DNA from: an uncultured Chloroflexia bacterium
Lineage (GTDB): Bacteria; Chloroflexota; Limnocylindria; Limnocylindrales; CSP1-4
Direction of reading: 5' to 3'
DNA: 64,000 nucleotides
Assembly (NCBI GenBank): GCA_963712745.1
Contig: CAVQJC010000020.1
Span: forward strand, 544,001-608,000
Position 1 is the stretch's first letter. Each line of letters begins with the position of its first letter. This document shows, piece after piece, positions 1 through 9,490 of the stretch. The position numbers and the translations under genes are program-made. Below the pieces are notes generated by a model that saw only the letters and a program-made list of their open reading frames with translations, ran no database searches and had not been told where the DNA came from.

Positions 1-456
1 GGCGGCAACGTGCCCGGCGGCTTCATCGGCCGACCCAACTACGAGCAGCACGTGCTCGAGTGGGAAGCGCGCCATGTCGCTTGGGTGCAGGATCGCGGCA
101 CGCCCGCCTCCTATCACAACTGCGGCCAGATCCAGGTGCTGGTCGAAGCCTACAAGCGTCTCGGCGTGGCGGCCGTGGAGCCATTCTCACCGCCGCCCAA
201 GCTGGGCGACGCGGACCTTGCAGAAGCCAAGCGAGCGGTCGCTGGCGACTACGTCATCATCGCCGGCATCGACCAGGTGGACGTCATCCAGAAGGGCAAC
301 GTCGAAGCTGTCCGCCGAGCCACAGCGGAGGCCATGCACATCGGCAAGCCGGGCGGCCGCTTCGTGCTGCAGAACGCCGACTTCCTGGAGTACGGCACGC
401 CCGTGGCGAACGTGGAGGCCTTCGTCGAGACGGCCATCGAGGGCGCCTGGTACTAG
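1..456 (+). CDS. Uroporphyrinogen decarboxylase-like / MtaA-CmuA family protein (C-terminal part, 5' truncated by window)
   Basis: Frame is open from base 1. Contains YHNCG (H-x-C metal motif), IIAGIDQVDVIQKG and GGRFVL...GTPVANVEAF, the typical C-terminus of the URO-D superfamily TIM barrel. Confidence 0.8.
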   Translation, partial: GGNVPGGFIGRPNYEQHVLEWEARHVAWVQDRGTPASYHNCGQIQVLVEAYKRLGVAAVEPFSPPPKLGDADLAEAKRAVAGDYVIIAGIDQVDVIQKGNVEAVRRATAEAMHIGKPGGRFVLQNADFLEYGTPVANVEAFVETAIEGAWY

Positions 457-490
457 CGCACCGGCCGGCGCGGCCCTCGTCTGCCGAGCC

Positions 491-1030
491 TCAGGGAGCC
501 GCGCGGTGCTTCGACACGAGGTCGGCCACGATATCGGCCACGCGGGGCAGAGCCGCCTCCACGGCCGGGCTCAGCCCCTCTCCCAGCTCGATGTCGGCGA
601 TGCCGATGCCGATGGCCACGGCCTCGGGACGGTGGCCCCCCAGCTCGGCCGCCAGCGCCACGAGCTCGCCGGCACCGACGTGATGCGACGAGGCCCCGGG
701 TTCGGCGCGCGTGTCCGCATCGGAGCGGGGCGCATCCGCCTCGAGATGGTGGATCTCGATGGAGCCAGGCAGTCCGCGCATGTCCGCATCGACGAAGATG
801 GCCAGCGTGGCCGCCGCGATGTCGAGCGACATCTCCGGCAGCAACTGATGCGCCCCGCGCACCTCCACGTCCTCGCCCGCCAGCCGTGGATCGGATGCCA
901 GCAGCTCTGCCGCCCGCGCACCCACGCCATCGTCCCGGCGGAGCATGTTGCCGAACCCGATGACGAGCACGTGACGCGAAGGGGCGCCGCTCCCTTCGTT
1001 GGGGGCGACGCCCTGGTCGTTCGGACACAT
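491..1030 (-). CDS. hoxW: Hydrogenase maturation endopeptidase (HoxW-type)
   Basis: VLVIGFGNMLRRDDGVG, IFVDA and SSHH motifs; directly downstream of the large subunit gene. Confidence 0.9.
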   Translation of the reverse strand: MCPNDQGVAPNEGSGAPSRHVLVIGFGNMLRRDDGVGARAAELLASDPRLAGEDVEVRGAHQLLPEMSLDIAAATLAIFVDADMRGLPGSIEIHHLEADAPRSDADTRAEPGASSHHVGAGELVALAAELGGHRPEAVAIGIGIADIELGEGLSPAVEAALPRVADIVADLVSKHRAAP

Positions 1031-1046
1031 GTCCAGAGGGGACTCC

Positions 1047-2468
1047 CTAGCGCTTGACGCGGTCGATGATCTCCCCGTCGGGCGAGAGCAACTGGATGTC
1101 CAGCGCCATGTCGCCGAGCGCGTGCGTCGAACAGGACAGGCAGGGGTCGTAGCAGCGGATGACCGCTTCGACCCGGTTGAGCATCGGCTCCTGGATCTTC
1201 TCGCCCTTCACGTGGTGGCGGGCCACCTGCTGCACGGAGCGGTTCATGGCCATGTTGTTGTGGCCGGTGGCGATGACCAGGTTGGCCCACTCCACGAGGC
1301 CGTCGTCGTCGACCCGGTAGTGGTGCATCAGCGTGCCGCGGGGAGCTTCGGAGACGCCGATGCCCTCGTTGCGGTTGATGCCGGCCGTGGCGAGCACGTG
1401 CCTGGACAGGATGTCCGGGCTGCGCAGGATCTGCTCGATCTTCTCGATCGCGTGCAGCGTGTCGATGAGCCGGGCGTAGTGGTAGTGGAAGGACGAGCCG
1501 GCCACACGACCGACTCGCCAGCGGAACTTCTGCAGCTCCTCGTCGGCACGCGGGGTGCCGGTCGCCTCGGCCACGTTGAGGCGCGCCAGCGGACCTACGC
1601 GATAGATGCCGTCGGGATAGCCCATCGGCTTGTAGTAGGTGGACTTGAGGTAGGACCACGGCTCCACGGCCTCGCCGATGTAGTCGTTGAAGTCCTTGGG
1701 ATTACCGCGGTCGACCAGCGGACTGCCGTCGGCATCGATGATGCGCAGGTCGCCGCCGTAGTGGTCGACATTGCCCTTCTCGTCGACAAGGCCCATGAAG
1801 GCGGAGCGGAAATTGCCGAAGGTCGACGCCTCCTCCTCCCACTTCATCATGTCGGTCTTGTACCAGGCGATGGCCCGCTGGAGCTGGGCGATGGCCTCGG
1901 GCACACCGGCCAGGATCTGGTCGCGGACCTCCTCGCTCAGCGGGTCGGCCACGCCTCCGGGCACGATGCCCCCCGGATGGATGCGCTTGCCGCCGAGCAG
2001 CGCGATGATCTCCTGGCCCCACTTGCGCAGGCCGATACCGTCCTTGGCCAGCTGCGGGTTCTCCTGGGCCACCGCGATGATGTGGCGCTTGGAGGAATCG
2101 GCGTCGAAGCCGAAGAGCAGGTCCGGCGAGGAGAGGTGGAAGAACGAGAGTGCGTTCGACTGGACGATCTGGCCGAGGTTGATGAGACGGCGCAGGTCCG
2201 CGCCTGTGGGCGGGGGGTCGACGGCCAGGATGTCGTCGACGGCCTTGGCCGAGGCGACCAGGTGGCTGACAGGGCAGATGCCGCAGATGCGCGCCATGAT
2301 GGCCGGCATCTCGTGGACCGGGCGGCCCTGGACGATGCGCTCGAACCCGCGGAACTGGGTCACGTGGAAGCGGGCGTCCGTGACCTCACCCTGCTCGTCG
2401 AGCTGGATAGTGATCTTGGAGTGGCCCTCGATCCGCGTGACCGGATCGATGGTGATCGTTCGACTCAT
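1047..2468 (-). CDS. hoxH: Bidirectional NiFe hydrogenase large subunit (group 3d)
   Basis: N-terminal PVTRIEGH, L1 motif RICGICPVSH, L2 motif DPCLSCSTH followed by a cleavable C-terminal extension. Confidence 0.96.
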   Translation of the reverse strand: MSRTITIDPVTRIEGHSKITIQLDEQGEVTDARFHVTQFRGFERIVQGRPVHEMPAIMARICGICPVSHLVASAKAVDDILAVDPPPTGADLRRLINLGQIVQSNALSFFHLSSPDLLFGFDADSSKRHIIAVAQENPQLAKDGIGLRKWGQEIIALLGGKRIHPGGIVPGGVADPLSEEVRDQILAGVPEAIAQLQRAIAWYKTDMMKWEEEASTFGNFRSAFMGLVDEKGNVDHYGGDLRIIDADGSPLVDRGNPKDFNDYIGEAVEPWSYLKSTYYKPMGYPDGIYRVGPLARLNVAEATGTPRADEELQKFRWRVGRVAGSSFHYHYARLIDTLHAIEKIEQILRSPDILSRHVLATAGINRNEGIGVSEAPRGTLMHHYRVDDDGLVEWANLVIATGHNNMAMNRSVQQVARHHVKGEKIQEPMLNRVEAVIRCYDPCLSCSTHALGDMALDIQLLSPDGEIIDRVKR

Positions 2469-2480
2469 GCTGGGGGGCTC

Positions 2481-3020
2481 CTATCGACCGAACCGTGAAC
2501 CGGCCGCCTCGGGGACGCGGCCGGAGAGCAGGTCATCGAGCAGGGTGTAGATGAGGTCCGCTGAGGGCGGGCAGCCCGGCAGGAAGACGTCGACGTCGAC
2601 GATCTTGTGGACCGGCGTCGACATGGGCAGCAAGGCCGGCACCACCTGGGTCGGCATCTGCGCGTTGATGGTCACGTTCTCGCGGTACGAACGATCCATC
2701 AGCGGCTCGACGCCGATGGGGTTGCGCATACCGGGCACGTTCGAGGTCACGGCGCAGTCGCCGAAGGCGATGATGGTAGTGGTGTGCTCGCGGACCAGTT
2801 TGACCTTGTGCAGGTCGTCCTCGCTGGACACCGCGCCCTCGACCAGGCAGACATCCACGTGCTCGGGGTAGTCCTTCCAGTCGACCAGCGGGCTGTAGAC
2901 GAGATCGGCCCGGCTGAAGATGTCGAGGATGCGCTCGTCCATGTCGATGAGCGACATGTGGCAACCCGAGCAGCCGTCCAGCCAGACGGTCGCGACTGAT
3001 GGCTTCCTTGACTCACTCAT
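2481..3020 (-). CDS. hoxY: Bidirectional hydrogenase small subunit
   Basis: WLDGCSGCHMS, GDCA and PGCPP motifs; no Tat signal. ATG at 3020 overlaps the hoxU stop (ATGA). Confidence 0.93.
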   Translation of the reverse strand: MSESRKPSVATVWLDGCSGCHMSLIDMDERILDIFSRADLVYSPLVDWKDYPEHVDVCLVEGAVSSEDDLHKVKLVREHTTTIIAFGDCAVTSNVPGMRNPIGVEPLMDRSYRENVTINAQMPTQVVPALLPMSTPVHKIVDVDVFLPGCPPSADLIYTLLDDLLSGRVPEAAGSRFGR

Positions 3021-3733
3021 AGACCGCGCTCCTCTCGGACCACCTTGAGCCACGGCAGGAACGGGCGGCGGTCCTTGCTACCGGCTGCGACCGGTCGGCC
3101 CTTCTCGAAGAGCGCCCCGGTGGGACAGACCTGGACGCACTTGCCACAACTGGTGCATGTCGTGGACTCGCCCCAAGGGGCGCCCATGTCCGTCTGGACA
3201 CGGGTCTCGAGGCCACGATGCATGACGTCCCAGGTGTGTGCGCCCTCGATCTCGTCGCAGACCCGCACACAGCGGAGGCACAGGATGCAGCGGTTGTGAT
3301 CGATGGCGAAGAACTTGTGACTGGCGTCGATATCGACGGCAGGGTTGATGCGGGGCAGGTCGAAGTGCTTGATGCCAAGCTCGTCGGCCATGTCCTGGAG
3401 TTCGCAGTGGTTGTTGGCGACGCACACGGCGCACACGTGATTGCGCTCCATGAACATCATCTCGGTGATCGCCTGGCGGTACTCCAGCAGCTTCTCCGAG
3501 TGCGCGGTGATGTCCATGCCCTCGGCGATCTTGGTCATGCAGGCAGCCGCGAGCTTGGGTGAGCCCGCGATCTCGACCATGCACAGACGGCAGGCACCAC
3601 GGTCGGTGATGCCCTCGAGGTGACACAGGCCCGGGATGTCGATGCCGTTCTCTTCGGCCACTTCCATCACGGTCTGGCCTTCGTTGCCGGCGACGTCCTT
3701 GCCGTCGATGGTCAGCGTGAAGACATCGCTCAT
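3017..3733 (-). CDS. hoxU: Diaphorase Fe-S subunit HoxU
   Basis: 2Fe-2S N-terminus (IPGLC...GACRLC), HVCAVC...CELQ and two 4Fe-4S motifs ([23 protein letters not shown]). Confidence 0.94.
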   Translation of the reverse strand: MSDVFTLTIDGKDVAGNEGQTVMEVAEENGIDIPGLCHLEGITDRGACRLCMVEIAGSPKLAAACMTKIAEGMDITAHSEKLLEYRQAITEMMFMERNHVCAVCVANNHCELQDMADELGIKHFDLPRINPAVDIDASHKFFAIDHNRCILCLRCVRVCDEIEGAHTWDVMHRGLETRVQTDMGAPWGESTTCTSCGKCVQVCPTGALFEKGRPVAAGSKDRRPFLPWLKVVREERGL

Positions 3734-5382
3734 GCCACTACCTCAGCTGGCTTCGAGATGGGACAGACGCCGGCGGGACAGGTCTTGTCCACGATATGAG
3801 CCATGTACTCATCCCTGAAGTAGCGCAGCGTGCTGAAGATGGGGTTGGGTGCGCCCTGGCCCAGGCCGCAGAGAGACATCTTCGCGACGATGCCGGCCAG
3901 CCGCTCGAGCTGGGCCAGGTCGTCCTCGGTCGCCTCACCTTTGGTGATCTGGTCGAGGAGCATGTACATCTGCGTGGTGCCCACGCGGCAGGGAGTGCAC
4001 TTGCCGCACGACTCGTCACGACAGAAGTCCTGGAAGTACTTGGCCACATCGACCATGCAGGACGTGTCGTCCATGACGATCATGCCGCCCGAGCCCATGA
4101 ACGAGCCGAGCTCGATGAGGGTCTCGTAGCTGACCGGCGTGTCGAGGTGTTCGGCCGGGATGCAGCCACCCGACGGGCCTCCAGTCTGGACCGCCTTGAA
4201 GGGTCGGTCGTCGATGATGCCGCCGCCGATGTCGAAGATGATCTCCCGCAGGGTCATGCCCATGGGCACCTCGACCATGCCGGTGTTGACGACGCGGCCG
4301 GCCAGCGCGAAGACCTTGGTGCCCTTCGACTTGCCCACGCCGATGGCCGCGTACTTGTCGGGGCCATCACGGATGATGGTGGGGATGCTGGCCAGCGACT
4401 CGACGTTGTTGATGAGCGTGGGGCTGCCCCATAGGCCTGACACAGCCGGGTACGGGGGACGTGGCCGGGGCGTCCCGCGACGGCCCTCGACCGAGGCGAT
4501 GAGCGCCGTCTCCTCGCCGCAGACGAAGGCGCCCGCACCGAGGCGGACCTGCAGGTTGAAGGCGAACGAGGTGTCCATGATGTTGTCGCCCAGGTAGCCG
4601 GCTCGCTGCGCCAGCCGGATGGCCGTCTGCAGGCGCTTGACCGCGAGCGGGTACTCCGCACGGCAGTAGACATAGCCCTCGCTGGCATGCACGGCGAAAG
4701 CCGCGATGGCCATGCCTTCGAGCACGCGGAAGGGGTCGCTCTCGAGGACGCTGCGGTCCATGAAGGCGCCGGGGTCGCCCTCGTCGGCATTGCAGATGAC
4801 GTACTTCTTGTCGCCGGTGGCCTTGGCCACTGTGGTCCACTTGAGGCCGGTCGGGTAGCCGGCGCCACCGCGACCGCGGAGCCCCGATTCCATGACCTCG
4901 TCACGCACCTCGCCCGAAGTCATCTCGCTGAGGACCCGGCGCAGTGCCTGGTAGCCACCCACGGCGATGTAGTCGTCGAGGCTCTCGGGGTCGACCAGCC
5001 CGAAGTTCTCGGTGGCCACCCGCACCTGCTTCTCGAAGAAGGGGCCCTGGGGCTGTCGCTGCGCGTCGGGCGCGACCGCGTCGAGGGCTGCGGCGATGGA
5101 CTCGGCCTGGTCGGGGCGGATGTGCTCGAACAGCTCGCCTGTCTCGCCGATCTCGACCAGCGGGCCGGCGGCGCAGAGGCCGAGACAGCCGACACGCTTG
5201 ACGACCACGTCGGACTTGCCTTCGGTCAGCTCGCGCAGGCGGGCAGTGATCTCGTTGGCGTTGCCGGACATGCAGCTTGCGGCCTCGCACACGCGAGCGG
5301 TCGCGCGCGGCGGGCCGGCGTTCTCGTCGATGGTGATGGTGCGGTGACGCTTGGGGCGCGCCGCAGCTGCGTTGTCGCTCAC
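3730..5382 (-). CDS. hoxF: Diaphorase NAD/FMN-binding subunit HoxF (NuoF-like)
   Basis: [41 protein letters not shown] and [12 protein letters not shown] motifs, plus an N-terminal thioredoxin-like 2Fe-2S domain. Confidence 0.95.
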   Translation of the reverse strand: MSDNAAAARPKRHRTITIDENAGPPRATARVCEAASCMSGNANEITARLRELTEGKSDVVVKRVGCLGLCAAGPLVEIGETGELFEHIRPDQAESIAAALDAVAPDAQRQPQGPFFEKQVRVATENFGLVDPESLDDYIAVGGYQALRRVLSEMTSGEVRDEVMESGLRGRGGAGYPTGLKWTTVAKATGDKKYVICNADEGDPGAFMDRSVLESDPFRVLEGMAIAAFAVHASEGYVYCRAEYPLAVKRLQTAIRLAQRAGYLGDNIMDTSFAFNLQVRLGAGAFVCGEETALIASVEGRRGTPRPRPPYPAVSGLWGSPTLINNVESLASIPTIIRDGPDKYAAIGVGKSKGTKVFALAGRVVNTGMVEVPMGMTLREIIFDIGGGIIDDRPFKAVQTGGPSGGCIPAEHLDTPVSYETLIELGSFMGSGGMIVMDDTSCMVDVAKYFQDFCRDESCGKCTPCRVGTTQMYMLLDQITKGEATEDDLAQLERLAGIVAKMSLCGLGQGAPNPIFSTLRYFRDEYMAHIVDKTCPAGVCPISKPAEVVA

Positions 5383-5870
5383 ATCGCCTCCAGTTCAGCC
5401 ATGAGCAGATCGGTCACGGCCTTGCCCTTCATCTCGCCATCGACGATGACGGCCGGGGCCAGGCTGCAGGCACCGATGCAACGGGCAGTCAGCAGGGAGA
5501 GCCTGCCGTCCTCCGTGGTGCCCTTGGGCTTCACGCCAAGTCTCGCATCGAAGGCCTCGATGATGTCGCGGGCGCCGTTGATGTAGCAGGCGGTGCCGGT
5601 GCACACCACGCAGGTGTGGTCGCCTTGCGGCTTGAGCGAGAAGAACGAGTAGAAGGTGGCGACGCCGAAGACGCGGGAGTGTGGGACACCGAGCGTGTCG
5701 CCGATGAAGTGCAGCGCGTCGTCGTCGAGGAAACCGAAGGCCTCCTGCGCGGCGTGGAGGGCCTCGATGAGCGCCTCCGGACGATCGCCGTGGCGGCGCA
5801 TGCGCGTCGCGACGATCTTCCAGCGCTTGTCATCATTGGGTGGTGCGGGTTTGCGGTACGGGATAGGCAT
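5379..5870 (-). CDS. hoxE: Diaphorase 2Fe-2S subunit HoxE (NuoE-like)
   Basis: DDKRWK...LIEALH.AQE.FG, GVATFY, CTGTAC and CIGAC motifs. Start chosen at ATG 5870 (MPIPYRK) after AAAGG. Confidence 0.93.
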   Translation of the reverse strand: MPIPYRKPAPPNDDKRWKIVATRMRRHGDRPEALIEALHAAQEAFGFLDDDALHFIGDTLGVPHSRVFGVATFYSFFSLKPQGDHTCVVCTGTACYINGARDIIEAFDARLGVKPKGTTEDGRLSLLTARCIGACSLAPAVIVDGEMKGKAVTDLLMAELEAM

Positions 5871-6000
5871 GCGCGCCTTTCGAGGTCGTTGGTCAGACTG
5901 GCTGTGCCTGGCCCCCGCCCACATCCCAATAGGACCTGCCGGGGGCCACAGGCCGTGCTCTCCAAGCATAGGCACCGAACATCAGGGATTCGGGGTCCGA

Positions 6001-6023
6001 GCGGCCCCTTTCAGAGGGGCCGC
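6001..6023. other. GC-rich hairpin upstream of hoxE
   Basis: GCGGCCCCT-TTCAG-AGGGGCCGC, a perfect 9-bp stem. Confidence 0.5.
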
Positions 6024-6066
6024 GTGTACACGACGGCGTGCTCGACGGGTGCGCCACGGTTCCCAG

Positions 6067-6284
6067 CGGCCACCTCCCACCGGCCGGAGCGTGCACCTCA
6101 TGCACCAGTTCGACCACCGGCCACCGGCCACCGGCCGGAGCGTGCACCTCATGCACCAGTTCGACCAGCCGGCCACCTCCCACCGGCCGGAGCGTGCACC
6201 TCATGCACCAGTTCGACCAGCCGGCCACCTCCCACCGGCCGGAGCGTGCACCTCATGCACCAGTTCGACCAGCCGGCCACCTCC
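6067..6284. repeat. Tandem repeat, about 52 bp x 4
   Basis: Core GGAGCGTGCACCTCATGCACCAGTTCGACCA starts at 6086, 6137, 6189 and 6241. Each copy contains the inverted repeat GTGCA-N5-TGCAC. No unique spacers. Confidence 0.95.
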
Positions 6285-6530
6285 AGGCGTCGGGCCCTGT
6301 CATGCGGTGGCTTGCGTTGACGTTCTCGGTCGTCTGGTGCAAGGGACAGGCGGCATCCACGACCACGACCCCTCAGGACGGCCAGCATCGTCGAACTCGT
6401 GCGTGGGGCGCAGGGCGTTCACGACGAGTCGGCCGGGCGGAGACCGAGTAGACCGCGCTGCTCGTCGGGCCCATTGGCGCCACGAGCCTGTTCGTCGGCT
6501 GGCACATCCCAGCGGCGGCGCCGGTACGCC

Positions 6531-7649
6531 CTAGTAGTGCGTGTCGCGGATGGTCTCGATCATGGCCCAGAAGTTCTCCAGCGGCGTATCGAGCTGGACG
6601 TGGTGGGTGGGCCCCAGGATGAGTCCCCCACCGGCGCCGATGGTGGCCACCCGCGTGCGAATCTCCGAGCGTACGTCGTGGGGCGTCCCGAAGGGCAGCG
6701 TCTTCTGCTCATCGATCGAGCCCCAGAAGAGGAGCCTGTCGCCGTAGTCGCGCTTGAGCTCGGCCGGGTCCATGCAGGCCGGCTGGACCGGGTTGAGCAC
6801 GTCGATGCCGATCTCGATGAGCTCGTCGATGACCTCGCGCACGTCGCCGTCGGTGTGATATGCCACCTTGAGCTCGGGGTTGATGGCCTTGACGCGGCTG
6901 ACGAGCTCGGCCATGCGCGGCTTGAAGAACCGCCGCCAGGTGTCGGGGTGGAAGAGCATGCCCTTCTGCGAGCCGATGTCATCGCCGGTCCAGATCATGT
7001 CCACGCCCATCGCGGCCAGCTTCTCGGCAGCGGCCAGGTGATAGCGGAAGGGGATCTCGAGGATCCGGTCGGCCAGCTCCGGGTTCATGACCAGGTCCAT
7101 CAGCAGCCGCTCGTAGCCACGCAACGCCCAGGCCGTCTCGAAGATGGTGGTAACGGTGACACCCACGATCCAGTACTCGTCGCCGTACTCGCGGATGACC
7201 CGCTCGGAGTCGGTGTACAGCTCCGGGCGGTGCGGGTCCGGCGGCTGGTACGCATCGATGGCGTCGTCCTCGGCCAGCGGGAAGCCGACCATCTCGGTGT
7301 AGTGCCCGGTACCGAACGGTGTCTGGTAGGGGTGCTCCCGCCAGGTCACGCCCCACTCGTCGGTGTAGGTGTCGTGGCCGGCGTAGTAGTTGTTGGCCCA
7401 GCCCACTGAGGTCAGGATGAGATCGGAATCGATGGCGCGCTCAAGCTCGTAGGTGTTGCCGCCGCCGTGGGGATTGTGTTCACCCCCGCGGGCTACGTTC
7501 AGCCTGCCCTCGACCGTCCCGAGCTCCCCCCGGGCGACCATATCGGCACGCAGCCGTTCGGCGAACTCGGGCGTGAAGCTGATCTGCATCGGGCAGCGAT
7601 CGGGCACCTCGCGGGCGAGGGCCGTCGCCACCCGGTCGCGATGCCGCAT
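6531..7649 (-). CDS. Uroporphyrinogen decarboxylase-like (URO-D/MtaA superfamily) protein
   Basis: YTDEWGVTW, GDDIGSQKGML, YHTDG, VLNPVQP, WGSIDEQKTLPFGTP and GLILGPTH motifs; adjacent to the corrinoid protein gene. Confidence 0.85.
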   Translation of the reverse strand: MRHRDRVATALAREVPDRCPMQISFTPEFAERLRADMVARGELGTVEGRLNVARGGEHNPHGGGNTYELERAIDSDLILTSVGWANNYYAGHDTYTDEWGVTWREHPYQTPFGTGHYTEMVGFPLAEDDAIDAYQPPDPHRPELYTDSERVIREYGDEYWIVGVTVTTIFETAWALRGYERLLMDLVMNPELADRILEIPFRYHLAAAEKLAAMGVDMIWTGDDIGSQKGMLFHPDTWRRFFKPRMAELVSRVKAINPELKVAYHTDGDVREVIDELIEIGIDVLNPVQPACMDPAELKRDYGDRLLFWGSIDEQKTLPFGTPHDVRSEIRTRVATIGAGGGLILGPTHHVQLDTPLENFWAMIETIRDTHY

Positions 7650-7677
7650 GGCTGCTGGGCAGGGCCGGGCGGGATCG

Positions 7678-8306
7678 CTAGGCCAGCAGTTCCTGGGCCA
7701 CGTTGGCCGCGGTGGCGGCGTCCTTGGCGAAGCCGTCAGCGCCGATCTCGGCAGCGAACTCGTCGGTCACCGGCGCCCCGCCGACCATGATCTTGGCGTT
7801 GGGGTCGGCCGCACGGATGGCATCGATGGCGGCCTTCATGCCCACCATGGTCGTGGTCAGCAGCGCGCTGATGCCGACGATACTGGCGCCGTGCTCGACC
7901 GTGGCCTCGGCGAAGGCCTCGGGGCTGACACGTTGGTGCCCAGGTCGACGATCTCGAAGTTGGAGCCCTTGAGCATCATGCCCACGAGGTTCTTGCCGAT
8001 GTCGTGGAGATCACCCTGCACCGTGCCGATGACGGCGGTGTGCTCGGGCTTGATACCCGAGGCGGCCAGCAGCGGCTCGAGCAGCGCACTGGCTTCCTTC
8101 ATGGCGTGGGCGCTGATGAGCATCTCGGGCACGTACACGCCCTCGTTGCAGGCGAACTTGCGGCCGACCTCGGTCATGGCCTCGGTCATGGCGTCGAGGA
8201 TGACGTTGGGGTCGACGCCCTCGTCGATGGCAGCCTGGGTCAGGCTCACCGCGTCGGCGCGGTTGCCGGCCTCGACGGCGGCGGTCAGGGCGGCTAGGTC
8301 AGCCAT
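7678..8306 (-). pseudogene. Corrinoid (B12-binding) methyl-carrier protein, MtbC/MtaC-like, with an apparent +2 frameshift
   Basis: Cap domain (YVPEML) and GTVQGDLHDIGKNLV (DxHxxG). After DLGTNV the protein continues in another frame (SPEAFAEATVEHGASIVGISALLTTTM...VGGAPV...GADG) to a TAG at 7678. Span is 629 nt (3n+2); removing a GT duplication near 7928-7931 restores the frame. Confidence 0.85.
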
Positions 8307-8477
8307 GGTTCGTGTCCCTCCAAGGTGAGATGCTCGCGGCCTCAGGGTCGGATGCTCGCACAACGGGCACAGCATCGTGCCGTTTCCCTGCGTCGTGACG
8401 GGCCGGATGGCCCGATGAGATGGTCGGTCCGGACGGCAGCACGCCTCGCGCTTGCTCGGACCGTTGGCGGTCTGCAC

Positions 8478-9425
8478 TCATGACGATCGCATCCGCACCC
8501 ACCATGAGAACCTGCCGCCGGGCTCCAGGACACGCTCGCGGCCAGCAGCCATGGCGCCCGCGAGGTGGTCGTCGGTCGAGGTGGTCGGCTCGAGGGCTAC
8601 CTGCTCGTACGGCTGGCCCTCCGGCGGCCAGCCGCCATAGGCCAGCCAGATGCCGAGCACCGGCGCGAACTCACGGTCCCAGTCGAAGTCGAGCCGGGCC
8701 CCGTCTCGCGCCACCGCGCGGATCTCCTCCGGAGCGTAGGCATAGAGCTTCACGGCCCAGCCCGCGTCGGTGCGCACGCAGGCGAGGTCGATCTCCTCCC
8801 CCTCCGCGTCGACGGTCTTGGGCCAGTCGATGGTGTCAGGCAGGTCGATACCCATCTGCGCGGTGCGCACGGCCTGGTGGACCTCCGGCAAGTCGATGTA
8901 CGAACCCGGTTCGAGCTTGAGCACGGCATGCTGGGAGTAGAGCATGGGCAGCGGCTCGTCGGCCAGGCTCACGACCTCGTACTCGGCGAGCACGGTCTGT
9001 TCGTCGCTGAAGGAGAGCCGTCGCGACATGCGATAGCCCCAGCGAGGCACGCTCCAGGTATGCACGACCGCGCCGGCCGCCTCATCGATCGAAAGGTAGG
9101 CGCCGCGGCCCCACTGGTCACCGTGGTCACGTAGCGCCGGACCATCGGGCCGGAGCGGATCCGGGCATACCGAGACCGTGGGTAGGCACTCGTCCCAGCC
9201 GAACGACTCGCGTCCCCAGAATCCGACACCTTCTGCCGCCCAGGCCATCTGTTCCAGCTCCGCGGGCGGCTCGCCCTGCAACAGCCACTCGCGGTCGCGG
9301 CGCTTGTCGCGCAGCGAGACGACGCGTGCACCGACCTCACCCACGACCTCCAGCTCGACCGCGTCGGTGCTGAGCCTGAGCGAGGGCCACTCGCCCCAGG
9401 TCGCGTGGCTGATCCGCGTGCTCAC
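8478..9425 (-). CDS. Galactose mutarotase-like / aldose epimerase superfamily protein
   Basis: GARVVSLRD...REWLL, GWDECLPT, DHG.W, conserved His and ALEPTT motifs. GTG start at 9425; the longer upstream extension is a shadow of the permease gene. Confidence 0.7.
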   Translation of the reverse strand: MSTRISHATWGEWPSLRLSTDAVELEVVGEVGARVVSLRDKRRDREWLLQGEPPAELEQMAWAAEGVGFWGRESFGWDECLPTVSVCPDPLRPDGPALRDHGDQWGRGAYLSIDEAAGAVVHTWSVPRWGYRMSRRLSFSDEQTVLAEYEVVSLADEPLPMLYSQHAVLKLEPGSYIDLPEVHQAVRTAQMGIDLPDTIDWPKTVDAEGEEIDLACVRTDAGWAVKLYAYAPEEIRAVARDGARLDFDWDREFAPVLGIWLAYGGWPPEGQPYEQVALEPTTSTDDHLAGAMAAGRERVLEPGGRFSWWVRMRSS

Positions 9426-9490
9426 CCTGCCCTCCGGTCTCGTTGTGGCATCGGGTCCTCGGCTCGGTGGTCTCGTCGAAGTGCCGGCGG

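Noticed and set aside
3017-5870. Complex I nuoEFG genes
   Set aside because: The NuoG-like protein is only 238 aa, is followed by NiFe small and large subunits, and no membrane nuo genes are present.
6067-6284. Possible CRISPR array, or repeated CxxC peptide ORFs (WCMRC)
   Set aside because: Inter-repeat segments are essentially identical rather than unique spacers, no cas genes are present, and the 52-bp period shifts frame between units.
6531-7649. hemE (true uroporphyrinogen decarboxylase)
   Set aside because: Lacks the W.MRQAGR HemE signature, and the context is corrinoid and sugar genes rather than heme synthesis.
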